Positions 1 through 11,022 of a DNA stretch of 64,000 nt are shown piece after piece. Numbering within the stretch: the first letter of the stretch is position 1; every line of letters starts with the position of its first letter. The position numbers and the translations under genes are program-made. The DNA is taken from the NCBI GenBank assembly GCA_002269645.1, contig NIVC01000618.1, positions 186,001-250,000 of the forward strand. The letters are read 5' to 3'. The notes beneath the pieces were generated by a model. It ran no database searches and was not told where the DNA came from. It saw only the letters and a program-made list of their open reading frames with translations. Source of the stretch: Macrostomum lignano. Its lineage: Eukaryota.

Positions 1-2750
1 ATGATGGCTCTTTAATGTTTGACATGGAGTCACGTATACGCTTGACATGGTGACTCGTTAATGTTTGACATGGTGGCTCTTTAATGTTTTATATGGTGGC
101 TCTTTTATGTTCGACATGGTGGCTCTTTAACGTTCGATATGGTGGCTCTTTAATGTTCGACATGGAGTCACATATATGTTAGACATGGTGGCTCTTTAAT
201 GTTGGACATGGTTGCTTTTTAATGTTCGACATGGTGGCACTTTAATGTCTGAAATGATGGCTCTTTAATGTTTGACATGGAGTCACGTATACGCTTGACA
301 TGGTGACTCGCTAATGTTTGACATGGTGGCTCTTTAACGTTCGACATGGTGGCTCTTTAATGTTAGACATGGTGGCTCTTTAATGTTTTACATGGTGGCT
401 CTTTTATGTTCGACATGGTGGCTCTTTAACGTTCGACATGGTGGCTCTTTAATGTTCGACATGGAGTCACATATATGTTGGACATGGTGGCTCTTAAATG
501 TTGGACATGGTGGCTCTTTAATGTTAGACATGGTGGCTCTTTAAATCTTTTTCATGGTGGCTCTTAAATGTTTGACATGGTGGCTCTTTATTATTTGACA
601 TGGTGGCTCTTTAATGTTTGACATGGTGGTTCTTTATTGTTCGACATGGTGGCTCTTTAATGTTCGACGTGGTGGCTCTTTAATGTTCGACAAAGTGGCT
701 CCTTTATGTTTGACATGGTGGCTCTTTAATGTTTGACATGGTGGCTCTTTAATGTTTGACATTGTAGCTCTTAAATGTTCGACATGGTGGTTCTTTTACG
801 TTTGACATGGTGGCTCTTTAATGTTTGACATTGTAGCTCTTAAATGTTCGACATGGTGGTTCTTTTACGTTTGACATGGTGGCTCTTTAATTTTCGACAT
901 GTTGGCTCTTTAATGTTCGACGTGGTGGCTCTTTAATGTTCGACAAAGTGGCTCCTTTATGTTTGACATGGTGGCTCTTTAATTTTCGACATGTTGGCTC
1001 TTTTATGTTTGACATGGTAGCTGTTTAATTTTCGACATGTCGGCTCTTTTATGTTTGACATGGTGGCTCTTTAATGTTTGATATGGTGGCTCTTTTATGT
1101 TTTACATGGTGTGTCTTTAATGTTCGACATGATGGCTCTTTAATGTTTGACATGGTGGCTCTTTAATGTTTGACCTGGTGGCACTTTACTGTCTGCAATG
1201 ATGGCTCTTTAATGTTTGACATGGAGTCACGTATACGCTTGACATGGTGACTCGTTAATGTTTGACATGGTGGCTCTTTAATGTTTTACATGGTGGCTCT
1301 TTTATGTTCGATATGGTGGCTCTTTAACGTTCGATATGGTGGCTCTTTATTGTTCGACTTGGAGTCACATATATGTTAGACATGGTGGCTCTTTAATGTT
1401 GGACATGGTGGCTTTTTAATGTTCGACATGGTGACACTTTAATGTCTGAAATGATGGCTCTTTAATGTTTGACATGGAGTCACGTATACGATTGACATGG
1501 TGACTCGTTAATGTTTGACATGGTGGCTCTTTAACGTTCGACATGGTGGCTCTTTAATGTTAGACATGGTGGCTCTTTAATGTTTTACATGGTGGCTCTT
1601 TTATGTTCGACATGGTGGCTCTTTAACGTTCGACATGGTGGCTCTTTAATGTTCGACACGGAGTCACATATATGTTGGACATGGTGGCTCTTTAATGTTG
1701 CATGTTGGACATGGTGGCTCTTTAATGTTAGACATGGTGGCTCTTTAAATCTTTTTCATGGTGGCTCTTAAATGTTTGACATGGTGGCTCTTTATTATTT
1801 GACATGGTGGCTCTTTAATGTTTGACATGGTGGTTCTTTAATGTTCGACATGGTGGCTCTTTAATGTTCGACGTGGTGGCTCTTTAATGTTCGACAAAGT
1901 GGCTCCTTTATGTTTGACATGGTGGCTCTTTAATGTTTGACATGGTGGCTCTTTAATGTTTGACATTGTAGCTCTTAAATGTTCGACATGGTGGTTCTTT
2001 TACGTTTGACATGGTGGCTCTTTAATGTTTGACATTGTAGCTCTTAAATGTTCGACATGGTGGTTCTTTTACGTTTGACATGGTGGCTCTTTAATTTTCG
2101 ACATGTTGGCTCTTTTATGTTTGACATGGTAGCTCTTTAATTTTCGACATGTCGGCTCTTTTATGCTTGACATGGTAGCTCTTTAATGTTCGAAAAGTGG
2201 TTCTTTATTGTTAGACATGGTGGCTCTTTTATGTTTGACATGGTGGCTTTTTCACGTTCGACGTGGTGGCTCTTTAAAGTTTGACATGGTGGCTTTTTTA
2301 TGTTTGACATGGTAGCTCTTTAATGTTCGACATGGTGGCTCTTTTAAGTATGACAAAGTGGCTCTTTAATTTTTGACATGGTGGCTCTTTAATGTTTGAC
2401 ATGGTGGCTCTTTAATGTTCGACATGTCGGTTCTTTTACGTTTGACATGGTGGCTCTTTAATGTTCGACATGGTGGTTCTTTTACGTTTGACATGGTGGC
2501 TCTTTAATGTTCGACATGTCGGTTCTTTTACGTTTGACATGGTGGCTCTTTTATGTTTGACATGGTAGGTCTTTTATATTCGACATGGTGGCTCTTTAAT
2601 GTTTGACATGGAGTCACGTATATATGTTTTACATGGAGTCACAAATATGTTTGACATGGTGGCTTTTTAATGCTTGACATGGTGGCTCGTTTATGTTTGG
2701 CATGGTGGCTCTTTAATGTTCGACATAGTGCCACTGATATGTTTGACATT
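1..2750. repeat. 23-bp minisatellite (ATGTTTGACATGGTGGCTCTTTA) with higher-order structure
   Basis: Direct tandem repeats. The variant unit GGAGTCACGTATACGCTTGACATGGTGACTCG recurs at offsets of 253 bp (11 units) and 1197 bp. The array runs off the left edge of the window. Confidence 0.97.
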
Positions 2751-2811
2751 GTGCTTCTTTTATGTTTAGAAGTTTCATGTTTTCAAGGTGTTTTAATAAA
2801 AAAACTATTTT

Positions 2812-2875
2812 GCACTACTAAGATTCGAACCCAGGTCGCTACATTAGCATTCCAGTCTGTTCGCATCTGGGCTAT
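2812..2875 (-). mobile_element. Degenerate tRNA-derived (SINE-head-like) sequence
   Basis: The reverse strand reads ATAGCCCAGATGCG (A-box-like) ... GGGTTCGAATC (B-box). No convincing cloverleaf. Confidence 0.45.
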
Positions 2876-2954
2876 CTCTTTTCAATTGGAGTACATCAAT
2901 TGTGGCCCTTATAATTCAATTCTTACAGCAAGTCAATTAGAGTAAAAAGTTATG

Positions 2955-3030
2955 ACATAATCAATTTCTCAGTCAGCCAGTATCAGTTTCAATTCAAGTT
3001 AGCAATATTGGTTACGCAATTTAAATCAAG
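2955..3030. repeat. Dispersed repeat fragment shared with ~53685-53760
   Basis: CAATTTCTCAGTCAGCCAGTATCAGT...GCAATTTAAATCAA here versus CAATTTCTCAGTCAGCTAGTATCAGT...GCAATCTAAATCAA at ~53690. Confidence 0.55.
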
Positions 3031-3485
3031 TCGTGTGTGCATTTCTTCGGCACTGTTTTCTACTTGTTGTGATGCAATCTTTATCAGAATTGAAATTCAG
3101 TCAGTCAGGTTTTTTTCTAGCATTCTTACAATGCATTTCAAGTCGAAAATTTTGCTTGACCTTTGCAAAAAAGCATGTTTTTCGAATATTTAATCCCTTT
3201 AACATTGAGCAATTTCTTAGCCAAGATGCATGTACCGTCCCAGGAAAATTTCTGATCGAATGGTGCAAGTTTGAAGAAAATCGGTTGAGCCAATTTTTCT
3301 AAAATCTATCGCATACCCACAGACAACTCATTTTTAGTATATAGGATTCTCAAGCTGTTTCTCGTTTACTGTCTCTAAAATTAAATAAAGCCGAGGCGAG
3401 CCGAGCCGAGCCGAGAGTTTACAACCTTTCTTTCTCACTTACGCCAAAGTTAATTCCACTGCGCTTTGGTTCACTCGCTACAAAG

Positions 3486-3496
3486 TGGTAGCAGAG
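3486..3496 (+). other. Primer-binding site complementary to initiator tRNA-Met
   Basis: TGGTAGCAGAG is the reverse complement of the 3' end of metazoan tRNAi-Met (...CTCTGCTACCA). It lies 3 nt after the putative LTR end. Confidence 0.75.
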
Positions 3497-3504
3497 CGTA
3501 TGGT

Positions 3505-4428
3505 ATGGAGGACACACAGCAGCAGCCGTTAGCGCCCCAAGCTGGAGCCCTGGCGCAACCAGTACAAGAGGCCTTCGTGCAACGCATCGCTATCAAGCCT
3601 CCCGCCTTCTACCGGAAGTTGCCTGAGATCTGGTTCCGGCAACTAGAATCGCAGTTCACTCTAGCTGGAATCACCCACGCTGCAACCAAATTCCATCATA
3701 CGTTAGCAGCCCTGCCTGAGGACGTTGCCTGCTCGATCGACCTAGGCGCAGAGGACTACGCCTCGCTTAAAACATCGGTGCTAGAAGCTTTGCGCGCCAA
3801 CCGGCACCAAAGAATCGAAGAGGCCCTCGCCGAGGTGGAGCTCGGGGATCGCCGCCCATCTCAGTTGGTAACCGACATCAAGCGGCCATTCAGTGAAGTA
3901 GGCTTACAAGTCGATGACAGCATCATCAAGTCTCGACTCCTAACTGCACTGCCCACCCACATCCGCTCCGCCTTGGTCGGTCACGAACAGGCGGAGCTGG
4001 ACGCGTTTGCGAAGATCGCCGACAGCATGCTGGCTGTCGCCGGTTGCACCACCCCGTTCGCCTCTGTAAACCGCACCTCTGCCACCGGCCAAGAGCACCC
4101 GAGGAGCAACGCTGGTTCTTTTCGTAGCAGGAAGCCCGACGACTCGAGCTCCAACCGGAACTCACGCCGACGACCCAAGATCTGTAACGGTCATCTCTAC
4201 TACGCGGCCGATGCTCGCACGTGCCGACCATGGTGCCAGTGGCCAGGCTCGAAACCGCCGACACTGCTTGCCAGCCGTCAGCCCACTCCGGCTCAGTCCC
4301 GGGCGTCAAGCCAAGTCAGGTGTCAAACCAGTCGGTCACGTGCATCGGCCGAGCCGCGACCCGTCAAAGGCCACCACGCTGCTTCTTCGTTGCCAAGCCC
4401 TTCGTACGCCCGTTTCGTTCATCGTTGA
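3505..4428 (+). CDS. Retrotransposon Gag-like protein (open ORF)
   Basis: ATG at 3505 just after the PBS. PPxFxxxxPxxWFxQxExQF-type N-terminal motif and a C-terminal CNGHLYY...CRPWC Cys/His motif. Confidence 0.75.
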   Translation: MEDTQQQPLAPQAGALAQPVQEAFVQRIAIKPPAFYRKLPEIWFRQLESQFTLAGITHAATKFHHTLAALPEDVACSIDLGAEDYASLKTSVLEALRANRHQRIEEALAEVELGDRRPSQLVTDIKRPFSEVGLQVDDSIIKSRLLTALPTHIRSALVGHEQAELDAFAKIADSMLAVAGCTTPFASVNRTSATGQEHPRSNAGSFRSRKPDDSSSNRNSRRRPKICNGHLYYAADARTCRPWCQWPGSKPPTLLASRQPTPAQSRASSQVRCQTSRSRASAEPRPVKGHHAASSLPSPSYARFVHR

Positions 4429-5036
4429 CACCGGCGCCGAACGGTCGCTTCTTCCTTTGCAGTTTGTTCCTCAAAATCTACTCGGCATTCACCACATCCG
4501 CACTTCAGCCTATAATCCGAGAGCTAACGGTATCATCGAACGTGCACACCGGACGCTAAAGATCGGTTTGAAGGCGCGCGGCAAAAACTGGCTGCAGCAG
4601 CTGCCCGTCGTGCTCCTGGGCATGCGCATTTTCCCAGACGAGTCAGGTGCCTCACCGTTCTCCGTTGTTACGGGTGAGCAACCGCTGGTCCCACCGGTCG
4701 TCACGACACGTCTGCGCTCAAGGAGCTCTCGACTAGTCTACACCAGCTTTTTTCCCATACCGGCAGCCGAGAACGCGCGAGATAGCCGTGCATTTGCCAG
4801 CCGCGCTGAGTTCGTGCACACACGTCTGGCTACGGTTGGACCGTGTGCGACGACCCCTGGAGGCTCCTTACCAAGGCCCGTACGCTGTGCTAGACAGGCA
4901 CGACACCACAATAACACCCCAGATCAACGGCAAGCCTACCGTAGTGTCTATCGATCGTGTAAAGCCCGCCACCCTGCCAACAGCCCATCAAGAGCAGCCA
5001 GCAGCTACACCGGCCCCGCCAAGCGACGCTCCGTAG
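4400..5036 (+). pseudogene. Protease/integrase fusion remnant
   Basis: DTG protease motif, then integrase YNPRANGIIER, then (after a frameshift) HVWLRLDRVRRPLEAPYQGPY...VSIDRVKPA, the GPY/F C-terminal region. Confidence 0.8.
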
Positions 5037-5654
5037 GCCACCTATAGTTACTACGATCTGTCTCGTCAAAATCTTTATAACAGATTCAAAAGATGAAACT
5101 ATTTTATAGCATGGCAACCTTAATCTAAAGACAATTAGAATATTTCTGTCCAATATTCAATATGGATTGAATTCACGTATAGGATATCTGTATCGAGGAA
5201 TTTATTTGGAGTTCCGAAAAACTTCCAATTCACCATGTTCATTCTTCCAATAAAAATACATAATCTTGTAACTAATTATAGCATATTCTATTCTATATAA
5301 CTGCTATTTTGCAGTTATTGCAGTTATTACTTACCCTTGCTGGAATCCTGAGTTTTCAAAATAAAAAACTACAAAGCGTCCCGCAAATTGTATTGAAATC
5401 AGTAGCTCAGGATCTCAGACTCTACATATCCGAGATCCCCTCAAGCTGCAGCCTGTACCTGCTTCTGGTTTGGGCCAAATACTATATGGCTCTGGGACTG
5501 TGGCGCTTTGGTTTTATGTCTATGTCAAGGTTGATCGGTGCGAATTTGCTGACAATAAAGTGCATAGATTTTTTTCCAAAAGAGTTGAACCATAGAGGCA
5601 GAAATAAAATGAGAAAGGCATGCATCATTTCATATAATAGATATCGATGCATGC

Positions 5655-6368
5655 AATATACCTTTTTACGTTCTATTTGATAAAAACTGCAACCAATTTG
5701 GCCACGGCTCAGCCTGACCATAGACATAGAATTTTCCATAGACAGCCACCGCTAGCGGCAACCAATTTGGTAAAAACTGCGAGCTATTTTGCCAGCTTGA
5801 AGATAGCAGCTGCTCTGATGGCGAATCGTGGGCCGTACCAAAAGATAAGTCAGCTGGATCGAGAGCGAATCGTGAGAGCGTACAGGAGTGGCGACGACTG
5901 GGGAGAGCTTGGCAGAATGATGGGGATGAAGAAACCGACAGTGAGGAACATCGTGACCACGTATGAACGAACTGGTAGAGTTGGCACTCTGCCAAAAGGA
6001 GGAGTGAAGAGGATGGCGCTGACGGAGGCTATGGTGGACACCATTGTTCAATTCGTCGAAGGTCAACCTACTGCCTCTCACGCCTCTCAAGTGCCTGCGC
6101 TGGATCAACCATTCCCAGACGTACTTCAATCGGTGCTTGAATGCTGAGGACATAATGTTCTGACTTCGTGCATGTATTGTTAACATTCTTTATCGTTATT
6201 GTTATGCTATTGAGCTGCTATCTTCAAGCTGGCAAAATAGCTCGCAGTTTTTACCAAATTGGTTGCCGCTAGCGGTGGCTGTCTATGGAAAATTGCTGCG
6301 GCTGCGTCAGGCTGAGCCGTGGCCAAATTGGTTGCAGTTTTTATCAAATAGAACGTAAAAAGGAATAT
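5655..6368 (+). mobile_element. Foldback element: ~150-bp inverted repeats enclosing a Tc1/IS630 transposase N-terminal HTH fragment
   Basis: Arms 5661-5811 and 6213-6363 are near-perfect reverse complements. The interior ORF from ATG 5818 reads MANRGPYQKISQLDRERIVRAY...GMKKPTVRNIVTTYERTGRV...LTEAMVDTIVQFVEGQP. Confidence 0.8.
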
Positions 6369-6547
6369 TTTTTAGATATAAAATACCTTGAGCTCAGTAC
6401 TAGAAAAGTAAGTTTGATTATATAGTTAGCACTCGGGGTTTACCATATCACTATATAGTAAAGAAATGAAATCGATGTCGTCAAGTGCCACGTATTTAAA
6501 CCCTTCCATGAGTGATTTTAGTCAAACGTGAATTTTATTTAGGCATC

Positions 6548-6860
6548 ATGTCGGCAGCTGCAGGCATTCGCAGAGCCACTATCTCTGAGCAGGATCGGCG
6601 AAGACTCATCGACGCCTTTATTGGCAATGCCGATTGGCAGTAACTAGCGAGATAGCTAAACATCCCACGTCAGTCTGCCAGAAATCGTTAAATACGAGTA
6701 CGAGCAAAGTGGACGCGTTCAGGCCTCGAGACGAGGAGGAAATAAACCAAAAGCTTTAACTGAAGCTATGCTCGACAGGCTTGTTGAATTTGTTAGTGAA
6801 ACGCCCACCGCGACGCTCAATGACATGCGGTAACGCTTGATTGTGTTGTTCCCAGACTGG
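6548..6860 (+). pseudogene. Second, degenerate Tc1/IS630 transposase N-terminal fragment
   Basis: Contains stops and frameshifts. The segment EYEQSGRVQASRRGGNKPKALTEAMLDRLVEFVSETPTATL aligns with TYERTGRVGTLPKGGVKRMALTEAMVDTIVQFVEGQPTA of the 5818 fragment. Confidence 0.7.
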
Positions 6861-7164
6861 CAAGCAACCCTGCACCATGACTTAATAAATGTTACTAAAG
6901 ACGGATTTAGAGGAACTTGACTAAATTGATTTCATTTCTTTACTACAGTCTATGCATGGTAAACCCCGAGTGCGGACTAAATCAAACTCACTTTTCTAGG
7001 ACTGAACTGGCCAAAGACTAAATAAACTTCACTTATGTCCAAAAAATGTTAATCTCCTTTTTTGCGGCCTAGTTGGTACTGCAAGCTTTCAATTTAATCA
7101 TAGATACGGAAATCAGGCTTGCGAAACTGAAATTTTTCTGTCTATGGTCGACACTCGCTGGCAT

Positions 7165-7876
7165 AGCGGAGTTCAATTTAATCCTGGGGGCATCAATTTG
7201 ATCATTCTATGCATTCAATGCACATTTTTACTGTTAGTGAAACCTGTTTTTAACTTGTTTTTACATCATATGATCTTCGGAGAGACTATGACGGCAGTCA
7301 GGTCCCAGACGTTCATCAATGATCTCTGATGCAAAGCGTGACGAGTCGTGGTGATGTACCTGATGGCGAGGAGTCTGTGTGATCATGGATGACGCCTGTT
7401 TTCATCATGGAGTGACAATCCCAGATCAATTTCAGCCCGCTTGGCGCCTGGTGACATTGCCTCCATACTCGCCATTCCTCAATCCTGTGAAGAACGCGCA
7501 CGCCTGCCTGAAGGCAGCCATCAAACGCCAGCTGGCTCAACTACAACTGCAAGAAGAGCTGGACACTCCGCCTGATGGTCATTCGCTACGAGAGTGGCGA
7601 ATCCTTGTCCTACAGAGGGTTGCAGAGGACGCAACCCGTGAAGTGACCGTTGCCAAATGCGGAGGCTGGTACCGGCAGATGCTGAGGTTTATTCCAGCCT
7701 GACTCGACGACATCCGACGCTAAAGCTTTTACCTGCATGGTATTTGTTTATTGTATTGTTCTGTTTTAGATTTTCTCCATGATTTAGTAAACGACTTGTG
7801 TTATAGCACTGGATATCTAACGTTATATGATTAGAATGATCAAATTGATGCCCCCAGGATTAAATTGAACTCCGCT
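7165..7876 (+). mobile_element. Internally deleted Tc1/IS630-family DNA transposon with 45-bp TIRs and the DDE C-terminal part
   Basis: TIRs at 7165-7209 and 7832-7876 (AGCGGAGTTCAATTTAATCCTGGGGGCATCAATTTGATCATTCTA). ORF 7379-7702 reads MDDACFHH...LPPYSPFLNPVKNA, with K where the catalytic E is expected. Confidence 0.88.
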
Positions 7877-7914
7877 TAAATTGAACCTAAGTTACGTGTA
7901 AAATTCGCATTCTA

Positions 7915-8156
7915 CACTGTACAGCAACTTGTTAAAGTTTCCACCCCGAAACCAGTGGTAAACTTTTCTCAAATCTCATAGACTCAAGTGTGACTCAGTT
8001 CACGTCAAGCTGGCGGTTCTTGTCTCAAATATGTTTGAGGCAATGCCCAAACTTAAAGGAAAAAGTAGAGAATTATAGTGGATTTTAATTACTCGATCAG
8101 TTCTCAGTCCTCATGAACTGGTTTTGAGGTGAAAACTTCAAAAAAGTTGCTGACTG
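7915..8156. mobile_element. Tc1/mariner-like MITE (second copy at 9418-9659)
   Basis: Imperfect TIRs (CAGCAACTTGTTAAAGTTTCCACC versus reverse complement CAGCAACTTTTTTGAAGTTTTCACC), flanked by TA on both sides. Confidence 0.5.
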
Positions 8157-8262
8157 TATTCCTGTTTAAAATAATATTTCATAGTTTGCTCACCTTGAAA
8201 ACTCATTAACTGAATAATGCTTCGATTGGCTGGTCCCAGATCGAGACCTCACCAAGCCCAAT

Positions 8263-8990
8263 CTCAGATCCCATAAAGCAAGAGCTCACACAGTCCCAGA
8301 TCCCATAAAGCGAGAGCTCACACAGTCCCAGATCCCATAAAGCGAGAGCTCACACAGTCCCAGATCCCATAAAGCGAGAGCTCACACAGTCCCAGATCCC
8401 ATAGCGAGAGCTCACAGTCTCAGATCCCATAGCGAGAGCTCACAGTCTCAGATCCCATAGCGAGAGCTCTCACAGTCTCAGATCCCATAGCGAGAGCTCA
8501 CACAGTCTCAGATCCCATAGCGAGAGCTCTCAAGTCTCAGATTCCATAGCGAGAGCTCTCAAGTCTCAGATCCCATAGCGAGAGCTCACAGTCTCAGATC
8601 CCATAGCGAGAGCTCTCACAGTCCCAGATCCCATAGCGAGAGCTCACAGTCTCAGATCCCATAGCGAGAGCTCTCACAGTCTCAGATTCCATAGCGAGAG
8701 CTCACAGTCTCAGATCCCATAGCGAGAGCTCACAGTCTCAGATCCCATAGCGAGAGCTCACATTCTCAGATCACATAGCGAGAGCTCACAGTCTCAGATT
8801 CCATAGCGAGAGCTCACAGTCTCAGATCCCATAGCGAGAGCTCACAGTCTCAGATCCCATAGCGAGAGCTCACAGTCTCAGATCCCATAGCGAGAGCTCT
8901 CACAGTCTCAGATCCCATAGCGAGAGCTCACAGTCTCAGATCCCATAGCGAGAGCTCACAGTCTCAGATCCCATAGCGAGAGCTCTCAAG
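8263..8990. repeat. 28-32-bp minisatellite (CAGTCTCAGATCCCATAGCGAGAGCTCA)
   Basis: Direct tandem repeats. Confidence 0.96.
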
Positions 8991-9764
8991 TTGCGCACGC
9001 GCACGCCTGCCTGAAGGCAGCCATCAAACGCCAGCTGGCTCAACTACAACTGCAAGAAGAGCTGGACACTCCGCCTGATGGTCATTCGCTACGAGAGTGG
9101 CGAATCCTTGTCCTACAGAGGGTTGCAGAGGACGCAACCCGTGAAGTGACCGTTGCCAAATGCGGAGGCTGGTACCGGCAGATGCTGAGGTTTATTCCAG
9201 CCTGACTCGACGACATCCGACGCTAAAGCTTTTACCTGCATGGTATTTGTTTATTGTATTGTTCTGTTTTAGATTTTCTCCATGATTTAGTAAACGACTT
9301 GTGTTATAGCACTGGATATCTAACGTTATATGATTAGAATGATCAAATTGATGCCCCCAGGATTAAATTGAACTCCGCTTAAATTGAACCTAAGTTACGT
9401 GTAAAATTCGCATTCTACACTGTACAGCAACTTGTTAAAGTTTCCACCCCGAAACCAGTGGTAAACTTTTCTCAAATCTCATAGACTCAAGTGTGACTCA
9501 GTTCACGTCAAGCTGGCGGTTCTTGTCTCAAATATGTTTGAGGCAATGCCCAAACTTAAAGGAAAAAGTAGAGAATTATAGTGGATTTTAATTACTCGAT
9601 CAGTTCTCAGTCCTCATGAACTGGTTTTGAGGTGAAAACTTCAAAAAAGTTGCTGACTGTATTCCTGTTTAAAATAATATTTCATAGTTTGCTCACCTTG
9701 AAAACTCATTAACTGAATAATGCTTCGATTGGCTGGTCCCAGATCGAGACCTCACCAAGCCCAA

Positions 9765-10668
9765 TCTCAGATCCCATAAAGCAAGAGCTCACACAGTCCC
9801 AGATCCCATAAAGCGAGAGCTCACACAGTCCCAGATCCCATAAAGCGAGAGCTCACACAGTCCCAGATCCCATAAAGCGAGAGCTCACACAGTCCCAGAT
9901 CCCATAGCGAGAGCTCACAGTCTCAGATCCCATAGCGAGAGCTCACAGTCTCAGATCCCATAGCGAGAGCTCTCACAGTCTCAGATCCCATAGCGAGAGC
10001 TCACACAGTCTCAGATCCCATAGCGAGAGCTCTCAAGTCTCAGATCCCATAGCGAGAGCTCTCAAGTCTCAGATCCCATAGCGAGAGCTCACAGTCTCAG
10101 ATCCCATAGCGAGAGCTCTCACAGTCCCAGATCCCATAGCGAGAGCTCACAGTCTCAGATCCCATAGCGAGAGCTCTCACAGTCTCAGATTCCATAGCGA
10201 GAGCTCACAGTCTCAGATCCCATAGCGAGAGCTCACAGTCTCAGATCCCATAGCGAGAGCTCACATTCTCAGATCACATAGCGAGAGCTCACAGTCTCAG
10301 ATTCCATAGCGAGAGCTCACAGTCTCAGATCCCATAGCGAGAGCTCACAGTCTCAGATCCCATAGCGAGAGCTCACAGTCTAAGATCCCATAGCGAGAGC
10401 TCTCACAGTCTCAGATCCCATAGCGAGAGCTCACAGTCTCAGATCCCATAGCGAGAGCTCACAGTCTCAGATCCCATAGCGAGAGCTCTCAAGTCTCAGA
10501 TCCCATAGCGAGAGCTCTCAAGTCTCAGATCCCATAGCGAGAGCTCTCATAGTCTCAGATCCCATAGCGAGAGCTCTCACAGTCTCAGATTCCATAGCGA
10601 GAGCTCTCACAGTCTCAGATCCCATAGCGAGAGCTCTCACAGTCCCAGGTCCCATAGCGAGAGCTCAC
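9765..10668. repeat. Second, longer copy of the 28-32-bp minisatellite
   Basis: Same unit and same order of variants as 8263-8990. Confidence 0.96.
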
Positions 10669-10729
10669 GGAGACCCGTTCCTAAAGTATACAATTTCACG
10701 TCATCCCTGAATTATCCCATATTTTATAG

Positions 10730-11022
10730 CAATGGTGCCAATTGCTCAACTAACAGTTGGCCAGATATGCAACCGACAGCTCAGCCGCAGCTATATTTAC
10801 GTGGTGCACCTGAAGACTGCACGCACGTACGGCTGTCAGTCAAAGGACTGGGGGGTCGCCTAAATCACCCCAGCTAATGCTGATATACCCATACAGCTGC
10901 TGAACTGAAGCAATGCAGAGTTAAGTGTATTGTTCAAGGACACAAATTGTTCCAGTGGGATCGGAAATCGAACCCTTGACGTTCAAGCTGTCGTGAATCA
11001 GACGCTCTAAAAACTTGGCTAC
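10730..11022 (-). mobile_element. tRNA-derived CORE-type SINE, near full length
   Basis: The reverse strand has an A-box (TAGCCAAGTTTTTAGAGCG), a B-box (GGGTTCGATTTC), a CORE-like segment, and a 3' tail shared with the copies at 23988 and 34410. Confidence 0.78.

Larger units (their letters stand above)
3350..5050 (+). mobile_element. Internally deleted Ty3/Gypsy-like LTR retrotransposon (partial 5' LTR, PBS, gag, protease fused to integrase C-half)
   Basis: Putative LTR end CA at 3481-3482 and PBS at 3486-3496. The gag has KPPAFYRKLPEIWFRQLESQF. Protease FIVDTGAERS (D at 4427) runs within ~15 codons into the integrase segment GIHHIRTSAYNPRANGIIERAHRTLK. RT and RNase H are absent, and no 3' LTR is seen. 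Confidence 0.88.
7494..10493. repeat. Tandem segmental duplication, period 1503 bp
   Basis: 7494-8990 is repeated almost identically from 8997. It contains the transposase 3' end, the right TIR, the MITE and the satellite. Confidence 0.93.

Noticed and set aside
7165-7876. Bacterial IS630 contamination
   Set aside because: Embedded among eukaryotic satellites, SINEs and intron-containing genes. IS630/Tc1 relatives are common in animals.
1-10668. CRISPR-like appearance of 23-32-bp repeats
   Set aside because: Units are head-to-tail with no unique spacers, there are no cas genes, and the DNA is eukaryotic.
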